From Bacteroidales bacterium (GTDB lineage Bacteria > Bacteroidota > Bacteroidia > Bacteroidales > CAIWKO01): a DNA stretch of 47,525 nt. Below, one piece after another: positions 10,762-20,741 of this stretch. Made by a program: the position numbers and the translations under genes. Positions within the stretch are counted from its first letter, which is position 1, and every line of letters begins with the position of its first letter. The DNA is taken from contig DAOORA010000033.1 in NCBI GenBank assembly GCA_035389045.1, positions 1 to 47,525 on the forward strand, in the 5' to 3' direction. Below the pieces are notes generated by a model. The model made no database searches. It saw nothing but the letters and a program-made list of their open reading frames with translations, and had not been told where the DNA came from.

Positions 10762-13700
10762 TCAGCATTTCTTTCTTGTTGTTCTTAATTTCAGATAGGG
10801 AATGATGATGTCATTTTTTTGTGCGGTGGTTCCGTCGTATTCGATAGTAACTACGGGTATCCCGGTCACTTTTTCTATTTTTGATGTCATAGCTTCGGTA
10901 ACGAGCGATGGGCAGCAATAGGCAGGATTGGTCTGGACAAAAAGATCAAGATCGGGATGGTTTCTGAAAAGACATTGTATTTTAAGGATGTTTTCTATAG
11001 ACTCGCCACGGTGAAAATGAGTCAGTCCGAATTGTTTGAGCCATTCATCGGTTTCTTCATTTTTTATTGGAATCAGGGGAGGGGCAATACGATAAAAGTA
11101 CTTTGTGTACTTATTTTCCACCAAAGGAATGAGGGATTTCAAAAAAGCATTTCTGGCATATCTCAGATAATGACCTTCTTTATATAATCGGTCCATAAGG
11201 GGATCTATGATGATTTTGATGTAGTCGCTGTACGATGTGGTAATGGCTTCTCCGCCATTTTCTTCAATGGTGCTGATAAGATCCTGATTCATCATTTCGT
11301 TGTCGCGCACGTACATATCTCCGAAAATGGCCACTTTCGCACGTTTCTTTTTTTCGGCAGGGATGGTCTCAAACGCTCGAACGATCTGTTCAACAGCTGG
11401 TTCACGCGGGCTGTCTTCAAGGAGCACTTTGTACAGTAAATTCATAGCCCATGATATCACCCGGTCTGTTGCTCCTTTTTCTTTTTCATAGGGGCGTATC
11501 ATGCACCCGATCTTACGCACATATCCGCCAAACAGGTAAGCAAGGTAGGCATTGATAGCCGTTTGAAGCGAGAAGTCATAAAATATGATATCTCCCAGGT
11601 ATACTGAAACCTGATCCATATTTTTACCATGATCATTAAGCAGTTTTTTTATGAAATATGGAAACATACTTAAGTTGCATGGCAGATCAGAGTTGATACT
11701 CCAGACCACGGTATTAGCCGGTTCCAGGTTGTTTTCATTGATGTAATCTATGGCATTCTGAACGATAATGTTCAGTGGTATGCATTGCCCGGTGTTCTGA
11801 CTCAGGCTTTTTACCATGGACTCCTGTGTACTTGTCAGTAAGCGGGCATCAAATCCGGCGTTTTTCAGAACGGCTTCGAGCAGTAGCCCCACATACTGAT
11901 CCCATGCAGGCAACAGCAGCGTCTTGTTTTTAAGCCCTGATGCCCGGAAGATGTACTCGCCGGAATCAACTTTAGGTGTTTTAAAGGATTTAAGGCTGTT
12001 ACTGAGGTTTTTGATATCGTCAGGATGCATTTTGAGTATCCTTCCGGCCTCCTGAGTCAGTGTCCTGAAATAACTGCTTAATCCTTGTTTTTCAGCGGTA
12101 TCCTTTTTGACTTCCAGAAATGGGTCCTGTGTGATTTGTCTTGCATTGACTGTCGTCAGGCTGTTTCGCTGATGATTTCTGAAAGACCTGATCCCGGCTT
12201 CGATCCGGGTTTCGTAACCGACCGCAGAGTCATGTTCATCAAGTTGAAGGACCAGGTAAGGTTTTTTATGGGCGTCGAGTATCTCCTTGAAATATTCAAT
12301 GACAAACGAATCCGGGGTGCATTTGAAGGAGGTGACAAATATAGGATAGCAATTGGAGGTTTTTGCAACAATTTCAGCGGTGTAAATAATTTTTGCAGCA
12401 AACTTCCACCGGATCTTTTTCAGCAACCCGATTGTATCCGGGCTCAGTGGCAGCCCGCCGGGTATCATATCCATAAAAAATGTCTTTACACCATTCTTTT
12501 CAATCAGTTCAGGGATATTGTTGTTCATAACCGGAGACATCACGGTATAAGGTCTGCCCAGCAGCATCACATATATGTCGTGGAGTTCATCGGTTTCCCC
12601 GGTATATATTTTTCTCCATTTTTTACGCAGTTGTCCAATAAACTTGTTTGCATCCGCATAGGCCTGTATGATCTGCGGCATGCTGATTTCTTCCCGGCCG
12701 ATTCCTTTCAGCATGTTATATAATTCATTCATGACAAAAGTTCCACCCCGTCGCGTCCTCAATATGGGTTGTAATATTTTCTCTGCCTGTTCAAAATTTT
12801 TACGGATTGAGATTACTGATGTAACAAACTGTGTGTAATAGCAATAGTGCTTGTTTCCATTGATTTTACTGCCTTCTTCAAGGTAAACAGGCAGGAAGAT
12901 ATAATCTGCTTTATCCATCAGGTAATTCACATGCCCGTGCATAGCCGCCACAGGGGAGCAGAATTCCGCGCTGCAAATGGTTTTGCCTTCCTTTACAGCT
13001 TTGGTGTGACCTTCGCTGGAGATTGTGTTGATGTCGAGCAGGTCGAAAAATTTCCTCCAGAAGGTCATTTCGTCGTGCAGGTACAGCCCGTCAGGAATAC
13101 CAATGACAAAATCTGTCCGGACAACCTGTGGCCGGAAACAAAAAATCTCTTTTCTTTTTTTGATGAGCTGAAATCCTGAGTTTTGATTCCTGACAAATTT
13201 TTGTGTGGCATAATCTCTTCCGCACAGGAACCCGTATGCTTCGATCTCCCCGTCAATACTGGCGACTTTGAGTTTACAATGGTTGGTGCAGATTCCGCAG
13301 GTTTCAGAAACAACAGGGATGTTTTTCAGGCAAAGATCAAGGCCCCGGAAACCGGTACGGGTAATTTGTTTATCATGCAGTTCGAGGGCAGCGCCTAATG
13401 CACCGGTGAGGTGACAAAACTTTGAAACCATGACGGGCTTTTTCAGTTTCATCTCGAAAGCAGCCACCAGCGCTTCATTTTTGGCGGTAGCGCCCTGAAA
13501 GAGGATATTTTTGCCGATACTCCCTGAAACTGCCACTTTGGACAGGTAGTTCTCACGTGTTGAATGCAGCACAGAAGCAAGTATTTCATCAACAGAATAA
13601 CCGTTGTTCAGGAAATGATTCAGGTCGCGCTCCATAAAAACCGTACAGCGGTCGCTGGACAAGGGTGCGCCTGTCCGGCCTGCACGGTCGGAGTATTCCG

Positions 13701-15117
13701 TAAGCGGGCAGTTAAGTTTTTTAGCCTGCTCTTCAATGAAACTGCCTGTTCCGGCGGCACAAACATTGTTCATCACCGAGAATGTCACCATGCCATGCCT
13801 CATCACCGTAAATTTTGAATCCTGGCCGCCGATTTCTATGATGGTGTCTGTTTCGGGATTCAACTCATAGGCGGCGCGTGCATGTGCGGTTATTTCGTCC
13901 AGGATGCTGTCGGCACCGATTATTCTGCCCATGAATTTCCTCCCCGAGCCGGTGGTCGCAGTTCCTCTGACATCAAAACGGATCTGGTACGCCGCTTCCA
14001 AGTCGAGGACTGCCTCAAAAAGGCACTGAACAGCCTGTAAGGGGCGTCCGGCGGTTCGTGTGTAAAATCCTGCAACCACCGATTTATTCAAATCCATCAG
14101 GACAGCCTTGGTGCTGGTTGAACCGATATCTATCCCGAGGTAAACCTCCGTACTTGTTTTGGGTTCCTGGTAAAGGTCAATTTCTACTGGTTTCATTTCC
14201 GGAAACAGCCTGCTTTGAAATTCATATTGTTTATGATCGCTGAAATCCGGATATTCAGAATACATCAGTTTCAGCGGAGGATAGTAAAGATTTTTGTTTT
14301 GTTTTTCAAACGAGAGGATGTCTGCTATTGATTTTGATGGAAATTCTTCCTGAGGGTTTTCATCAGCACAGCATAAGGCGGCTCCTATCGCACCATACAA
14401 ATGTGACATCTTATCAACGACGATCGTAACAGCGGCAAGGCTTTCGATGTGCCTTATCACCGCCTTGTTTAATGCTACCCCCCCGGCTGCCACCAGTGAA
14501 GAAAAAGAATTTTCCGGCAAAACGGCATCAACAATATTTCTTGCAAGACCATAAGATAATCCGTCACAGATCTCAGCCAGGCAATAGCCTTCCTGCTGTG
14601 CATGTATCAGATCGGTCTTGGCAAATACGGCACAACGCGAAGCTATCAGAGGAATTGCACCGTGGTTTTCGTATGCCAGGCGGCTGAAATCCATGATGCT
14701 TGAAAGATTCAGCCGTTCAACCTGCTGGTCGAGGAAATTACCGGTACCTGCGGCGCATGAGGTGTTGGATTTATAATTCAGATAATCTCCGTTCTCATTA
14801 AAAGTAACCAGTCCGAATTTTTCAGCGCCGATGATCAGCAAGCCATCCAGCGTAGGATGAAAATGTCTGGCTGCCCTGATGTAAGCAACGCGCGAATCAG
14901 TCTGCAGCCCATGTTTCAGGATAGGTGGCGTTGACGATGTATAGCCGGCCGCCCTGATCTCACCAAGATTAACTCTTTCAAGACCTTTTTCTAATTGTTG
15001 GGCAATCTGGCCTTTGTGGAACGCATAATACGTATGTACAGCTTTCATTTGTTCATTCAGTACTACCATGGAGACAGCAACCGAACCAATATCAATTCCG
15101 AGAAATTTATTGCGCAA
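10762..15117 (-). CDS. Fused acyl-CoA dehydratase activase / CoA-substrate-specific enzyme activase (two BadF/BadG/BcrA/BcrD ASKHA ATPase domains plus DUF2229/dehydratase-like regions)
   Basis: Two GIDIGS phosphate loops, two CAAGTG-F motifs, RCAVF/RCTVF Cys ligands, EITAHARAA, EIGGQDSK, CGICTNHC, SFKCTPDSF, LDEHDS. TTG start. Confidence 0.88.
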   Translation of the reverse strand: MRNKFLGIDIGSVAVSMVVLNEQMKAVHTYYAFHKGQIAQQLEKGLERVNLGEIRAAGYTSSTPPILKHGLQTDSRVAYIRAARHFHPTLDGLLIIGAEKFGLVTFNENGDYLNYKSNTSCAAGTGNFLDQQVERLNLSSIMDFSRLAYENHGAIPLIASRCAVFAKTDLIHAQQEGYCLAEICDGLSYGLARNIVDAVLPENSFSSLVAAGGVALNKAVIRHIESLAAVTIVVDKMSHLYGAIGAALCCADENPQEEFPSKSIADILSFEKQNKNLYYPPLKLMYSEYPDFSDHKQYEFQSRLFPEMKPVEIDLYQEPKTSTEVYLGIDIGSTSTKAVLMDLNKSVVAGFYTRTAGRPLQAVQCLFEAVLDLEAAYQIRFDVRGTATTGSGRKFMGRIIGADSILDEITAHARAAYELNPETDTIIEIGGQDSKFTVMRHGMVTFSVMNNVCAAGTGSFIEEQAKKLNCPLTEYSDRAGRTGAPLSSDRCTVFMERDLNHFLNNGYSVDEILASVLHSTRENYLSKVAVSGSIGKNILFQGATAKNEALVAAFEMKLKKPVMVSKFCHLTGALGAALELHDKQITRTGFRGLDLCLKNIPVVSETCGICTNHCKLKVASIDGEIEAYGFLCGRDYATQKFVRNQNSGFQLIKKRKEIFCFRPQVVRTDFVIGIPDGLYLHDEMTFWRKFFDLLDINTISSEGHTKAVKEGKTICSAEFCSPVAAMHGHVNYLMDKADYIFLPVYLEEGSKINGNKHYCYYTQFVTSVISIRKNFEQAEKILQPILRTRRGGTFVMNELYNMLKGIGREEISMPQIIQAYADANKFIGQLRKKWRKIYTGETDELHDIYVMLLGRPYTVMSPVMNNNIPELIEKNGVKTFFMDMIPGGLPLSPDTIGLLKKIRWKFAAKIIYTAEIVAKTSNCYPIFVTSFKCTPDSFVIEYFKEILDAHKKPYLVLQLDEHDSAVGYETRIEAGIRSFRNHQRNSLTTVNARQITQDPFLEVKKDTAEKQGLSSYFRTLTQEAGRILKMHPDDIKNLSNSLKSFKTPKVDSGEYIFRASGLKNKTLLLPAWDQYVGLLLEAVLKNAGFDARLLTSTQESMVKSLSQNTGQCIPLNIIVQNAIDYINENNLEPANTVVWSINSDLPCNLSMFPYFIKKLLNDHGKNMDQVSVYLGDIIFYDFSLQTAINAYLAYLFGGYVRKIGCMIRPYEKEKGATDRVISWAMNLLYKVLLEDSPREPAVEQIVRAFETIPAEKKKRAKVAIFGDMYVRDNEMMNQDLISTIEENGGEAITTSYSDYIKIIIDPLMDRLYKEGHYLRYARNAFLKSLIPLVENKYTKYFYRIAPPLIPIKNEETDEWLKQFGLTHFHRGESIENILKIQCLFRNHPDLDLFVQTNPAYCCPSLVTEAMTSKIEKVTGIPVVTIEYDGTTAQKNDIIIPYLKLRTTRKKC

Positions 15118-15139
15118 CGTTTATCAGATTATGATTATG

Positions 15140-15147
15140 CAAAAATA
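15140..15147 (-). promoter_or_regulatory. -7 promoter element (TATTTTTG) for the activase gene
   Basis: TAnnTTTG on the minus strand, 23 bp upstream of the TTG start. Confidence 0.45.
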
Positions 15148-15330
15148 ATTCTTTAAATGATTATTGATGGAATGAACATTACGGTATGAATTTAATTGAA
15201 TCAAATCAATTAATTAGAATTAAATCAAAATGTTTAGCGGGTATTTCATGATATTGTTTTTTGTTATATTTTTGACTTATATTTTTTGGTTTAAATAGAA
15301 GCAGTAAAAAAGTAAATTTTTCCTGAACGT

Positions 15331-16782
15331 ATGAATTGGCTTACATTGCTGGAAATTGCTTATACGATAATCCTTGTGCTGGCCTGTTACAGGATCATTT
15401 ATGACACACACAGTTCAAGCAAAACACTGGCATATTTGTTACTCGCTGTCTTCGTACCTGTTGCAGGCATATTGTTTTATTTTATTTTCGGTGTCAACTA
15501 CCGTAAGGAGTTTATTTTCAGCAAAAAGTTAATTGCTGATGAGAAAAGGCTCAGGGAACTGAACGAACAAATAGTTTCACCGGCTGAAAAGAATTTCAGA
15601 TTGAATACAGATGCGCCTGGCGATGAGGATGCGCTGGTAAAGTTGTTGCTTCATGATAACCAAAGCCCGCTCACCAATGGAAATTCCGTAAAACTCTTAA
15701 TAAATGGTGAAGAAAAATTCCCGGAAATCATTAAAGCGCTGGATGCTGCACGGAATCATATTCATATGGAATATTTCATTTATGAAGATGACAAGATTGG
15801 AAATATTATCAAGGAAATTTTAATAAAGAAGGCGGGTGAGGGCGTCATGGTGCGGTTGATCTATGATGATTACGGGAGCCGTTCTATCAGGAAAGAACTG
15901 GTGAACGAGCTCAGGAGCGGTGGGGTTGAAGCATACCCTTTCAACAGCATCAGTCTTCCTTTTTTTGCTAACAGAGTAAATTACCGAAACCACCGGAAAA
16001 TAATTATCATTGACGGACAGACTGGTTTCACAGGCGGTATCAATATCAGCGACAGGTATATCAATGAAGACCGGAATAATAATAAATTGTTCTGGCGCGA
16101 CACCCATCTGAGGATTGATGGCCCGGGAGTGTTCATTCTTCAGCATATTTTTCTCTGTGACTGGAATTTTTGCTCAAAACAGAAAATTGAAGCCGAAAAG
16201 ATTTATTTCAACCCGGTACCATCGTCAGGCCATAATGTCAGGGTACAGATCGCTGCCAGCGGCCCCGATTCCCCGAATTCAACCATCAAACTATCATTAC
16301 TGAAGGCTTTTACAATGTCCAAAAAGGAAATTCTTGTCACCACACCTTATTTTATTCCCAGCGGTTCTATTATGGATGTATTGAAAATAGCTGCACTCGG
16401 AGGGGTTTCGGTAAAGATGCTGTTGCCCGGAATTTCTGATTCAAAAATGGTCAATACTGCAGCCCATTCATATTACGGAGAACTGATGAGGGCGGGCGTG
16501 GAAATTTATTTGTACCATAAAGGTTTTATACATGCCAAAACCGTAGTTATTGATAATTTATTTGCTATTATCGGAACAGCCAACCTGAATCACCGGAGTT
16601 TTAATTTTGATTTTGAGGTGAATGCCCATATTTACAATGCTGATTTCTCGGAAAAAGTGCGGGAGGTTTTTTATGCCGACATTCGCGATGCCAAACGGCT
16701 TTGTTATGAGACATGGAAGACCCGGCCGGTTTATGTTAAAGCAGCGGAGCGGGTAGCACGACTGTTCAGTCCAGTATTTTAA
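15331..16782 (+). CDS. cls: Cardiolipin synthase (phospholipase D superfamily)
   Basis: Two N-terminal TM helices, two HKD motifs (RNHRKIIIID...GGINI and HAKTVVID...GTANL), WRDTH, SGPDS, TPYFIP. Confidence 0.93.
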   Translation: MNWLTLLEIAYTIILVLACYRIIYDTHSSSKTLAYLLLAVFVPVAGILFYFIFGVNYRKEFIFSKKLIADEKRLRELNEQIVSPAEKNFRLNTDAPGDEDALVKLLLHDNQSPLTNGNSVKLLINGEEKFPEIIKALDAARNHIHMEYFIYEDDKIGNIIKEILIKKAGEGVMVRLIYDDYGSRSIRKELVNELRSGGVEAYPFNSISLPFFANRVNYRNHRKIIIIDGQTGFTGGINISDRYINEDRNNNKLFWRDTHLRIDGPGVFILQHIFLCDWNFCSKQKIEAEKIYFNPVPSSGHNVRVQIAASGPDSPNSTIKLSLLKAFTMSKKEILVTTPYFIPSGSIMDVLKIAALGGVSVKMLLPGISDSKMVNTAAHSYYGELMRAGVEIYLYHKGFIHAKTVVIDNLFAIIGTANLNHRSFNFDFEVNAHIYNADFSEKVREVFYADIRDAKRLCYETWKTRPVYVKAAERVARLFSPVF

Positions 16783-16842
16783 GGGATAATAGTGCTTTTT
16801 TATTCCGGGCTGGAATCATATTTCGTTAATTTTGTTTTCCGT

Positions 16843-18090
16843 ATGGATGATAATGAAACTTCGGGCACAATGAAAGCCGGTAAGGCACATGGAAGCAGGA
16901 TATTTGGTTTCAGCAGGAATATTTTTTTTACCGGGATAACCAGTTTTCTGACAGACACTTCTGTAAAGATGTTATATGCTGTTATGCCTATGTTCCTGCT
17001 TTCCATAGGGGCTTCAAAAACCAGCCTGTCATTAATTGAAGGAATAGCAGAAAGCACTGCATCCCTGGTTAAGGCGATGTCGGGCTTCTGGAGTGACAGG
17101 ACAGGCAGGAATAAGCCCTTTATACTTTCAGGCTACGGCCTTTCGGCGTTGATAATACCGCTTTATGTTTTTGTCTGTACCCCATTTCATGTACTGGTAC
17201 TTCGTTTTATTGAACGATTTGGCAAAGGTGTCAGGACAGCGCCCCGTGACAGCCTCATTGCTGGTTCTGTAATAAACGGGGAGACTGGTAAAAGTTTTGG
17301 ACTGCAGAAAGCGATGGACAACAGCGGTGCAATACTCGGGCCACTGCTCGCATTCGGATTGTTATCACTTTTTTCCGGGACAGACACACCTGAACTCCGC
17401 GACTATAAAATCATTTTCCTGTTGGCCGGGATTCCTGCCATACTGGCAATATTTGTCATTATTTTTGGGATAAAAGAAGCCAGGAAGCCTAAAAACGAGC
17501 GTTTTACCCGCTTTCATCTCGGGGATTTTTCACCGAAATATTATTTTTTTCTGGCAATAATTTTTATATTTACCCTGGGAAATTCAACCGATGCACTGTT
17601 GATGGTGAAGGCCAATGAGGTGGGGGTGAAAGTTGCATATATACCTCTTGTGTATCTTATTACCAATCTGGTTTCTGTTTTTTTCGCCATCCCGATAGGT
17701 AAATTATCCGACAGGATTGGTAAAGAACGGGTTTTGATCGCAGGTTTCCTTTTATATGCCCTGGTTTATTTCGGGTTCGGAATTTCGGGTTCTATCGGGG
17801 CTATTGTGCCGTTGTTTGCGTTGTATGGGTTTTATTCCGCCTGTACCGACGGAATTCAGAAAGCATTTGTTTCGGATCTGGTTGATAAAAACAAGAAAGG
17901 AACGGGGCTTGGAATTTATAATGCACTTCTTGGCATCACCTTATTGCCTGCAAGTCTGATAGCGGGAGCGCTATATGATAAAGTGAATTCATCGCTGCCT
18001 TTTTATTTCGGAGCAGCGACAGCGATAACAGCAACCACCATGATGATAATTTTTATACTAAGATATACAGGATATGCAAAATGTAAATAA
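16843..18090 (+). CDS. Major facilitator superfamily transporter
   Basis: About 12 hydrophobic segments and MFS motif A twice (GFWSDRTGRNK, GKLSDRIGKER). Start moved from GTG 16792 to ATG 16843 (or 16870) because a TAATTTTG -7 element lies at 16827-16834. Confidence 0.88.
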   Translation: MDDNETSGTMKAGKAHGSRIFGFSRNIFFTGITSFLTDTSVKMLYAVMPMFLLSIGASKTSLSLIEGIAESTASLVKAMSGFWSDRTGRNKPFILSGYGLSALIIPLYVFVCTPFHVLVLRFIERFGKGVRTAPRDSLIAGSVINGETGKSFGLQKAMDNSGAILGPLLAFGLLSLFSGTDTPELRDYKIIFLLAGIPAILAIFVIIFGIKEARKPKNERFTRFHLGDFSPKYYFFLAIIFIFTLGNSTDALLMVKANEVGVKVAYIPLVYLITNLVSVFFAIPIGKLSDRIGKERVLIAGFLLYALVYFGFGISGSIGAIVPLFALYGFYSACTDGIQKAFVSDLVDKNKKGTGLGIYNALLGITLLPASLIAGALYDKVNSSLPFYFGAATAITATTMMIIFILRYTGYAKCK

Positions 18091-18229
18091 TGCTGTAGGG
18101 AAGTTGATTTTATGTTAAGATTCATCATGCGAGAGAAACATAAAAGGCAATAGGAATATAATCAATATGAATTTATAGAATAGAATTCAATTTGCTTAGA
18201 GTTTTGTGCTATTTTATCTGCTATAATCT

Positions 18230-18261
18230 TTTGCCGGGATAAAAAAATAGTAGTACATTTG
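18230..18261 (+). promoter_or_regulatory. Bacteroidota sigma-A promoter of tRNA-Ala
   Basis: TTTG (18230-18233), 20-nt spacer, TACATTTG (18254-18261), 12 bp upstream of the tRNA. Confidence 0.75.
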
Positions 18262-18273
18262 CTTTCTCAATTT

Positions 18274-18346
18274 GGGGCGTTAGTTCAGTTGGCAGAACGC
18301 TAGGTTCGCAATCTAGAGATCACGGGTTCGACTCCCGTACGCTCCA
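18274..18346 (+). tRNA. tRNA-Ala(CGC), CCA not encoded
   Basis: Cloverleaf: acceptor GGGGCGT/ACGCTCC with the G3:U70 alanine determinant, D-arm GTTC/GAAC, anticodon arm CTAGG-TTCGCAA-TCTAG, T-arm ACGGG-TTCGACT-CCCGT, discriminator A. Confidence 0.96.
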
Positions 18347-18347
18347 C
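18335..18347 (+). repeat. attL core (tRNA 3' end, CCGTACGCTCCAC)
   Basis: Identical to 25777-25789 and contained within 25884-25900. Confidence 0.9.
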
Positions 18348-18350
18348 ACC

Positions 18351-18403
18351 AAAAACAAAAATAGCACTGTAAATCAAATGTTTGCAGTGCTTTTGTTTTT
18401 TTT
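18351..18403. terminator. Bidirectional intrinsic terminator after the tRNA, overlapping an IHF-like consensus
   Basis: Stem AGCACTGTAAA (18363-73)/TTTGCAGTGCT (18381-91), flanked by A-rich and T-rich runs. AATCAAATGTTTG (18372-84) fits WATCAANNNNTTR. Confidence 0.7.
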
Positions 18404-18454
18404 ACACTCCGATATAACACTCGGAAACGGTGTTTCACTAATTGTTTTTATAAA

Positions 18455-19000
18455 TTAAAAATCATTTTCAGATTTTGAATTCTTACTCATGAAATCTTTT
18501 AGATTTTGAATTAAGTTATCAATAATGATTAATGCTTGTTGTTGCATTTTTGCCCAGCATTTTTTTGAATGTAAGGTTCCCTGAAAATTTGGTTTTTCCT
18601 GATTAAAGGGGCCAAAATCATAGTACCGGATTCCGTTTGTTGGTGTTGTATGATAAACATTTGTCATCATGACATCAGTTGATGTAAAATCGGAAAAGGT
18701 ATATTTATACTTATTTTCTTTAACAATAATTGTAATGGTAAAGCTTAAACTCCCATGCAAATTTCCCAATGCAACCTTTCCTTTACCAAATAATTTGCCG
18801 GATTCCTTATCTGTAATTTCAAGTACATTTTTTGAATCATTAAAATTTTTTGCAAACCATGATTGTGCTGTACTGTAAAGAATATCTTTTGATACGGAAT
18901 CAATAGTTATAACTTCTGTTCTTTCATCAAATGAACTGGTTTGAGCATTTGTAATTATCGAACTTAATGCGATAAAAGATATAATAATAATTTTTTTCAT
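18455..19000 (-). CDS. DUF4468-like (TBP-like fold) secreted protein, copy 3
   Basis: Signal peptide ending NA|Q. SKDILYSTAQSWF..F...NVLEITDKESGKLFGKG...KENKYKYTFSDF pattern. Confidence 0.75.
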   Translation of the reverse strand: MKKIIIISFIALSSIITNAQTSSFDERTEVITIDSVSKDILYSTAQSWFAKNFNDSKNVLEITDKESGKLFGKGKVALGNLHGSLSFTITIIVKENKYKYTFSDFTSTDVMMTNVYHTTPTNGIRYYDFGPFNQEKPNFQGTLHSKKCWAKMQQQALIIIDNLIQNLKDFMSKNSKSENDF

Positions 19001-19067
19001 TTATACTCCTTTTAAAATAAATTTATAATTTTCATCATAAACAAATAAACAAATAAACAAATAAATT

Positions 19068-19586
19068 TTACCAATTTTCTATATTTGACGGTGATTTAAT
19101 GTATTTATCATAATCATTAATTATGTTTCCTAAATGAGCCTTTAAGCCATTCATAATTTCTTTTACTTGTTTTTTCACCATACAGCCAATTCTCGGGAAA
19201 TTATCACCTTCAAATGGTTCTATTTTTACACACATAGTACATTGCCCTCGATAGGAATCACAATGAACATTATCTATATTGATTTTATACCTGTTATCTT
19301 TCATTTTAAATGTTACAGTATAACCATAAAAATAAACAACATCAGGTGAAAAGAAATGCTTACTTTCAAAAAGTCCCTTAACCACAATATTGCCGGCCTC
19401 TTTGTCGTCATTTTGAATTACACTTTGAGCGGACTTCCATACATTGGCAATATACATTTTTGTATCAGAATAAATCTGTGCTTTGGTTTTAGCAATAGAA
19501 TCTGTTTTTTCCCATTTGAAATTTTCCTGTGCTTTTATGTTAATTGATATTAAAACACAAACAATAATAATAACTACTTTTCTCAT
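19068..19586 (-). CDS. DUF4468-like secreted protein, copy 2
   Basis: Probable start MRKVV at 19586. Signal peptide KA|Q. TKAQIYSDTKMYIANVWKSAQSVIQNDDKEAGNIVVKG...KDNRYKINI. Confidence 0.75.
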   Translation of the reverse strand: MRKVVIIIVCVLISINIKAQENFKWEKTDSIAKTKAQIYSDTKMYIANVWKSAQSVIQNDDKEAGNIVVKGLFESKHFFSPDVVYFYGYTVTFKMKDNRYKINIDNVHCDSYRGQCTMCVKIEPFEGDNFPRIGCMVKKQVKEIMNGLKAHLGNIINDYDKYIKSPSNIENW

Positions 19587-19597
19587 ATTTTTATTTA

Positions 19598-20107
19598 TTA
19601 CCAATTACTATTTACACCTTGATTCATTGCGGTTTCTAATGATTTTAGCATTGTTGTAACCTCTGAATTAATTGCGCTTTTAATATCAACAATATGTTTT
19701 CCAAAACCAGCTTTATTACAATCACCATCATTTACCAAACCATAACTCCACGCATCATTATATCCATAATGAATAAAATTTGAAAATTCATATTTATATT
19801 TTGCTTTTTTTAAATAAAGTTTGAAAATAAAAGTAATATGCCCTGTGAGATAAGCACTGAAACCACCATGTTTATATTTTATTGAGCCAGAGCCTTGTAT
19901 TATGCCGTTTTCTTTATCACTCATTTTAATAACATCACCTGGCGATTTAAATGTTTCAGATACCCATAAAACACCTCTTGAATATAGCTCATCTTTTGTT
20001 ATTGAGGTATCCTTTGTTGAAACTACACCTGTATATGATAGTGTTTGAGCCATCATGATTGGTGAAAGCAATATTAAAATGATGCTAATAATAATTACTT
20101 TTTTCAT
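19598..20107 (-). CDS. DUF4468-like secreted protein, copy 1
   Basis: Signal peptide MA|Q. TKDELYSRGVLWVSETFKSPGDVIKMSDKENGIIQGSG...KKAKYKYEFSNF. Confidence 0.78.
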   Translation of the reverse strand: MKKVIIISIILILLSPIMMAQTLSYTGVVSTKDTSITKDELYSRGVLWVSETFKSPGDVIKMSDKENGIIQGSGSIKYKHGGFSAYLTGHITFIFKLYLKKAKYKYEFSNFIHYGYNDAWSYGLVNDGDCNKAGFGKHIVDIKSAINSEVTTMLKSLETAMNQGVNSNW

Positions 20108-20170
20108 TTGATATTTTTATTACGACACTGCAATATACAAATAAATTATTTTTATACCGTATTTTTTTTA

Positions 20171-20488
20171 TTACAATTTTTCAATTATTGAAGGCATACA
20201 TTTATCCTCAACATTCGGATCAAGTACAAAATAAGCAATAAGAGTTCGTTTAAAATCATAAGTACCATCTATTCGTTCACTAATAACTAAATCAGTATAT
20301 CTGTGAACAGAATTTTTTATTTTCTCTTTAACCTCATCGTCAGTGTATATTATGCCGGTTTTCCTATCAACATACAAATCTTTTTCCTCATCAACAAGTT
20401 CATAACAAGTAACCGGCTCCAGTTCCTTTATTGATCTTTTACCGTTGGTTAAATCCTTTAAGAATTCAATCTTTTCTTTTCTGTTCAT
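20171..20488 (-). CDS. Hypothetical protein (105 aa)
   Basis: Overlaps the upstream gene in an operon-like arrangement. N-terminus MNRKEKIEFL is shared with the neighbour. Confidence 0.6.
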   Translation of the reverse strand: MNRKEKIEFLKDLTNGKRSIKELEPVTCYELVDEEKDLYVDRKTGIIYTDDEVKEKIKNSVHRYTDLVISERIDGTYDFKRTLIAYFVLDPNVEDKCMPSIIEKL

Positions 20489-20741
20489 CGTTGGTGTTTT
20501 TAGGTGCTGAATCTCTTAATTTTCTTAATCCTTCGATTGAAACGCCTGACCAGTCATATTTTATGTATTTATCTATTATCGGATCAGTTGTTTCATCAGT
20601 TATTGCTAATTCAATAGGTTTTCCATTAATAGTTATTGAGCCGTCAGGCTGTTCAACAATATACTGTATATTTAACCAGTCAGGATTGAATTTCCCCTCC
20701 CGGATCAGCATAAGCAATTCGATTTTATCTTTTCGATTCAT
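20466..20741 (-). CDS. Hypothetical protein (91 aa)
   Basis: Overlaps both neighbours. N-terminus MNRKDKIELL. C-terminal DWSGVSIEGLRKL motif. Confidence 0.6.
   Translation of the reverse strand: MNRKDKIELLMLIREGKFNPDWLNIQYIVEQPDGSITINGKPIELAITDETTDPIIDKYIKYDWSGVSIEGLRKLRDSAPKNTNDEQKRKD

Noticed and set aside
10568..10768. 66-aa ORF between the activase and the giant gene
   Set aside because: It spans the probable promoter of the giant gene and has no protein-like features. Likely spurious.
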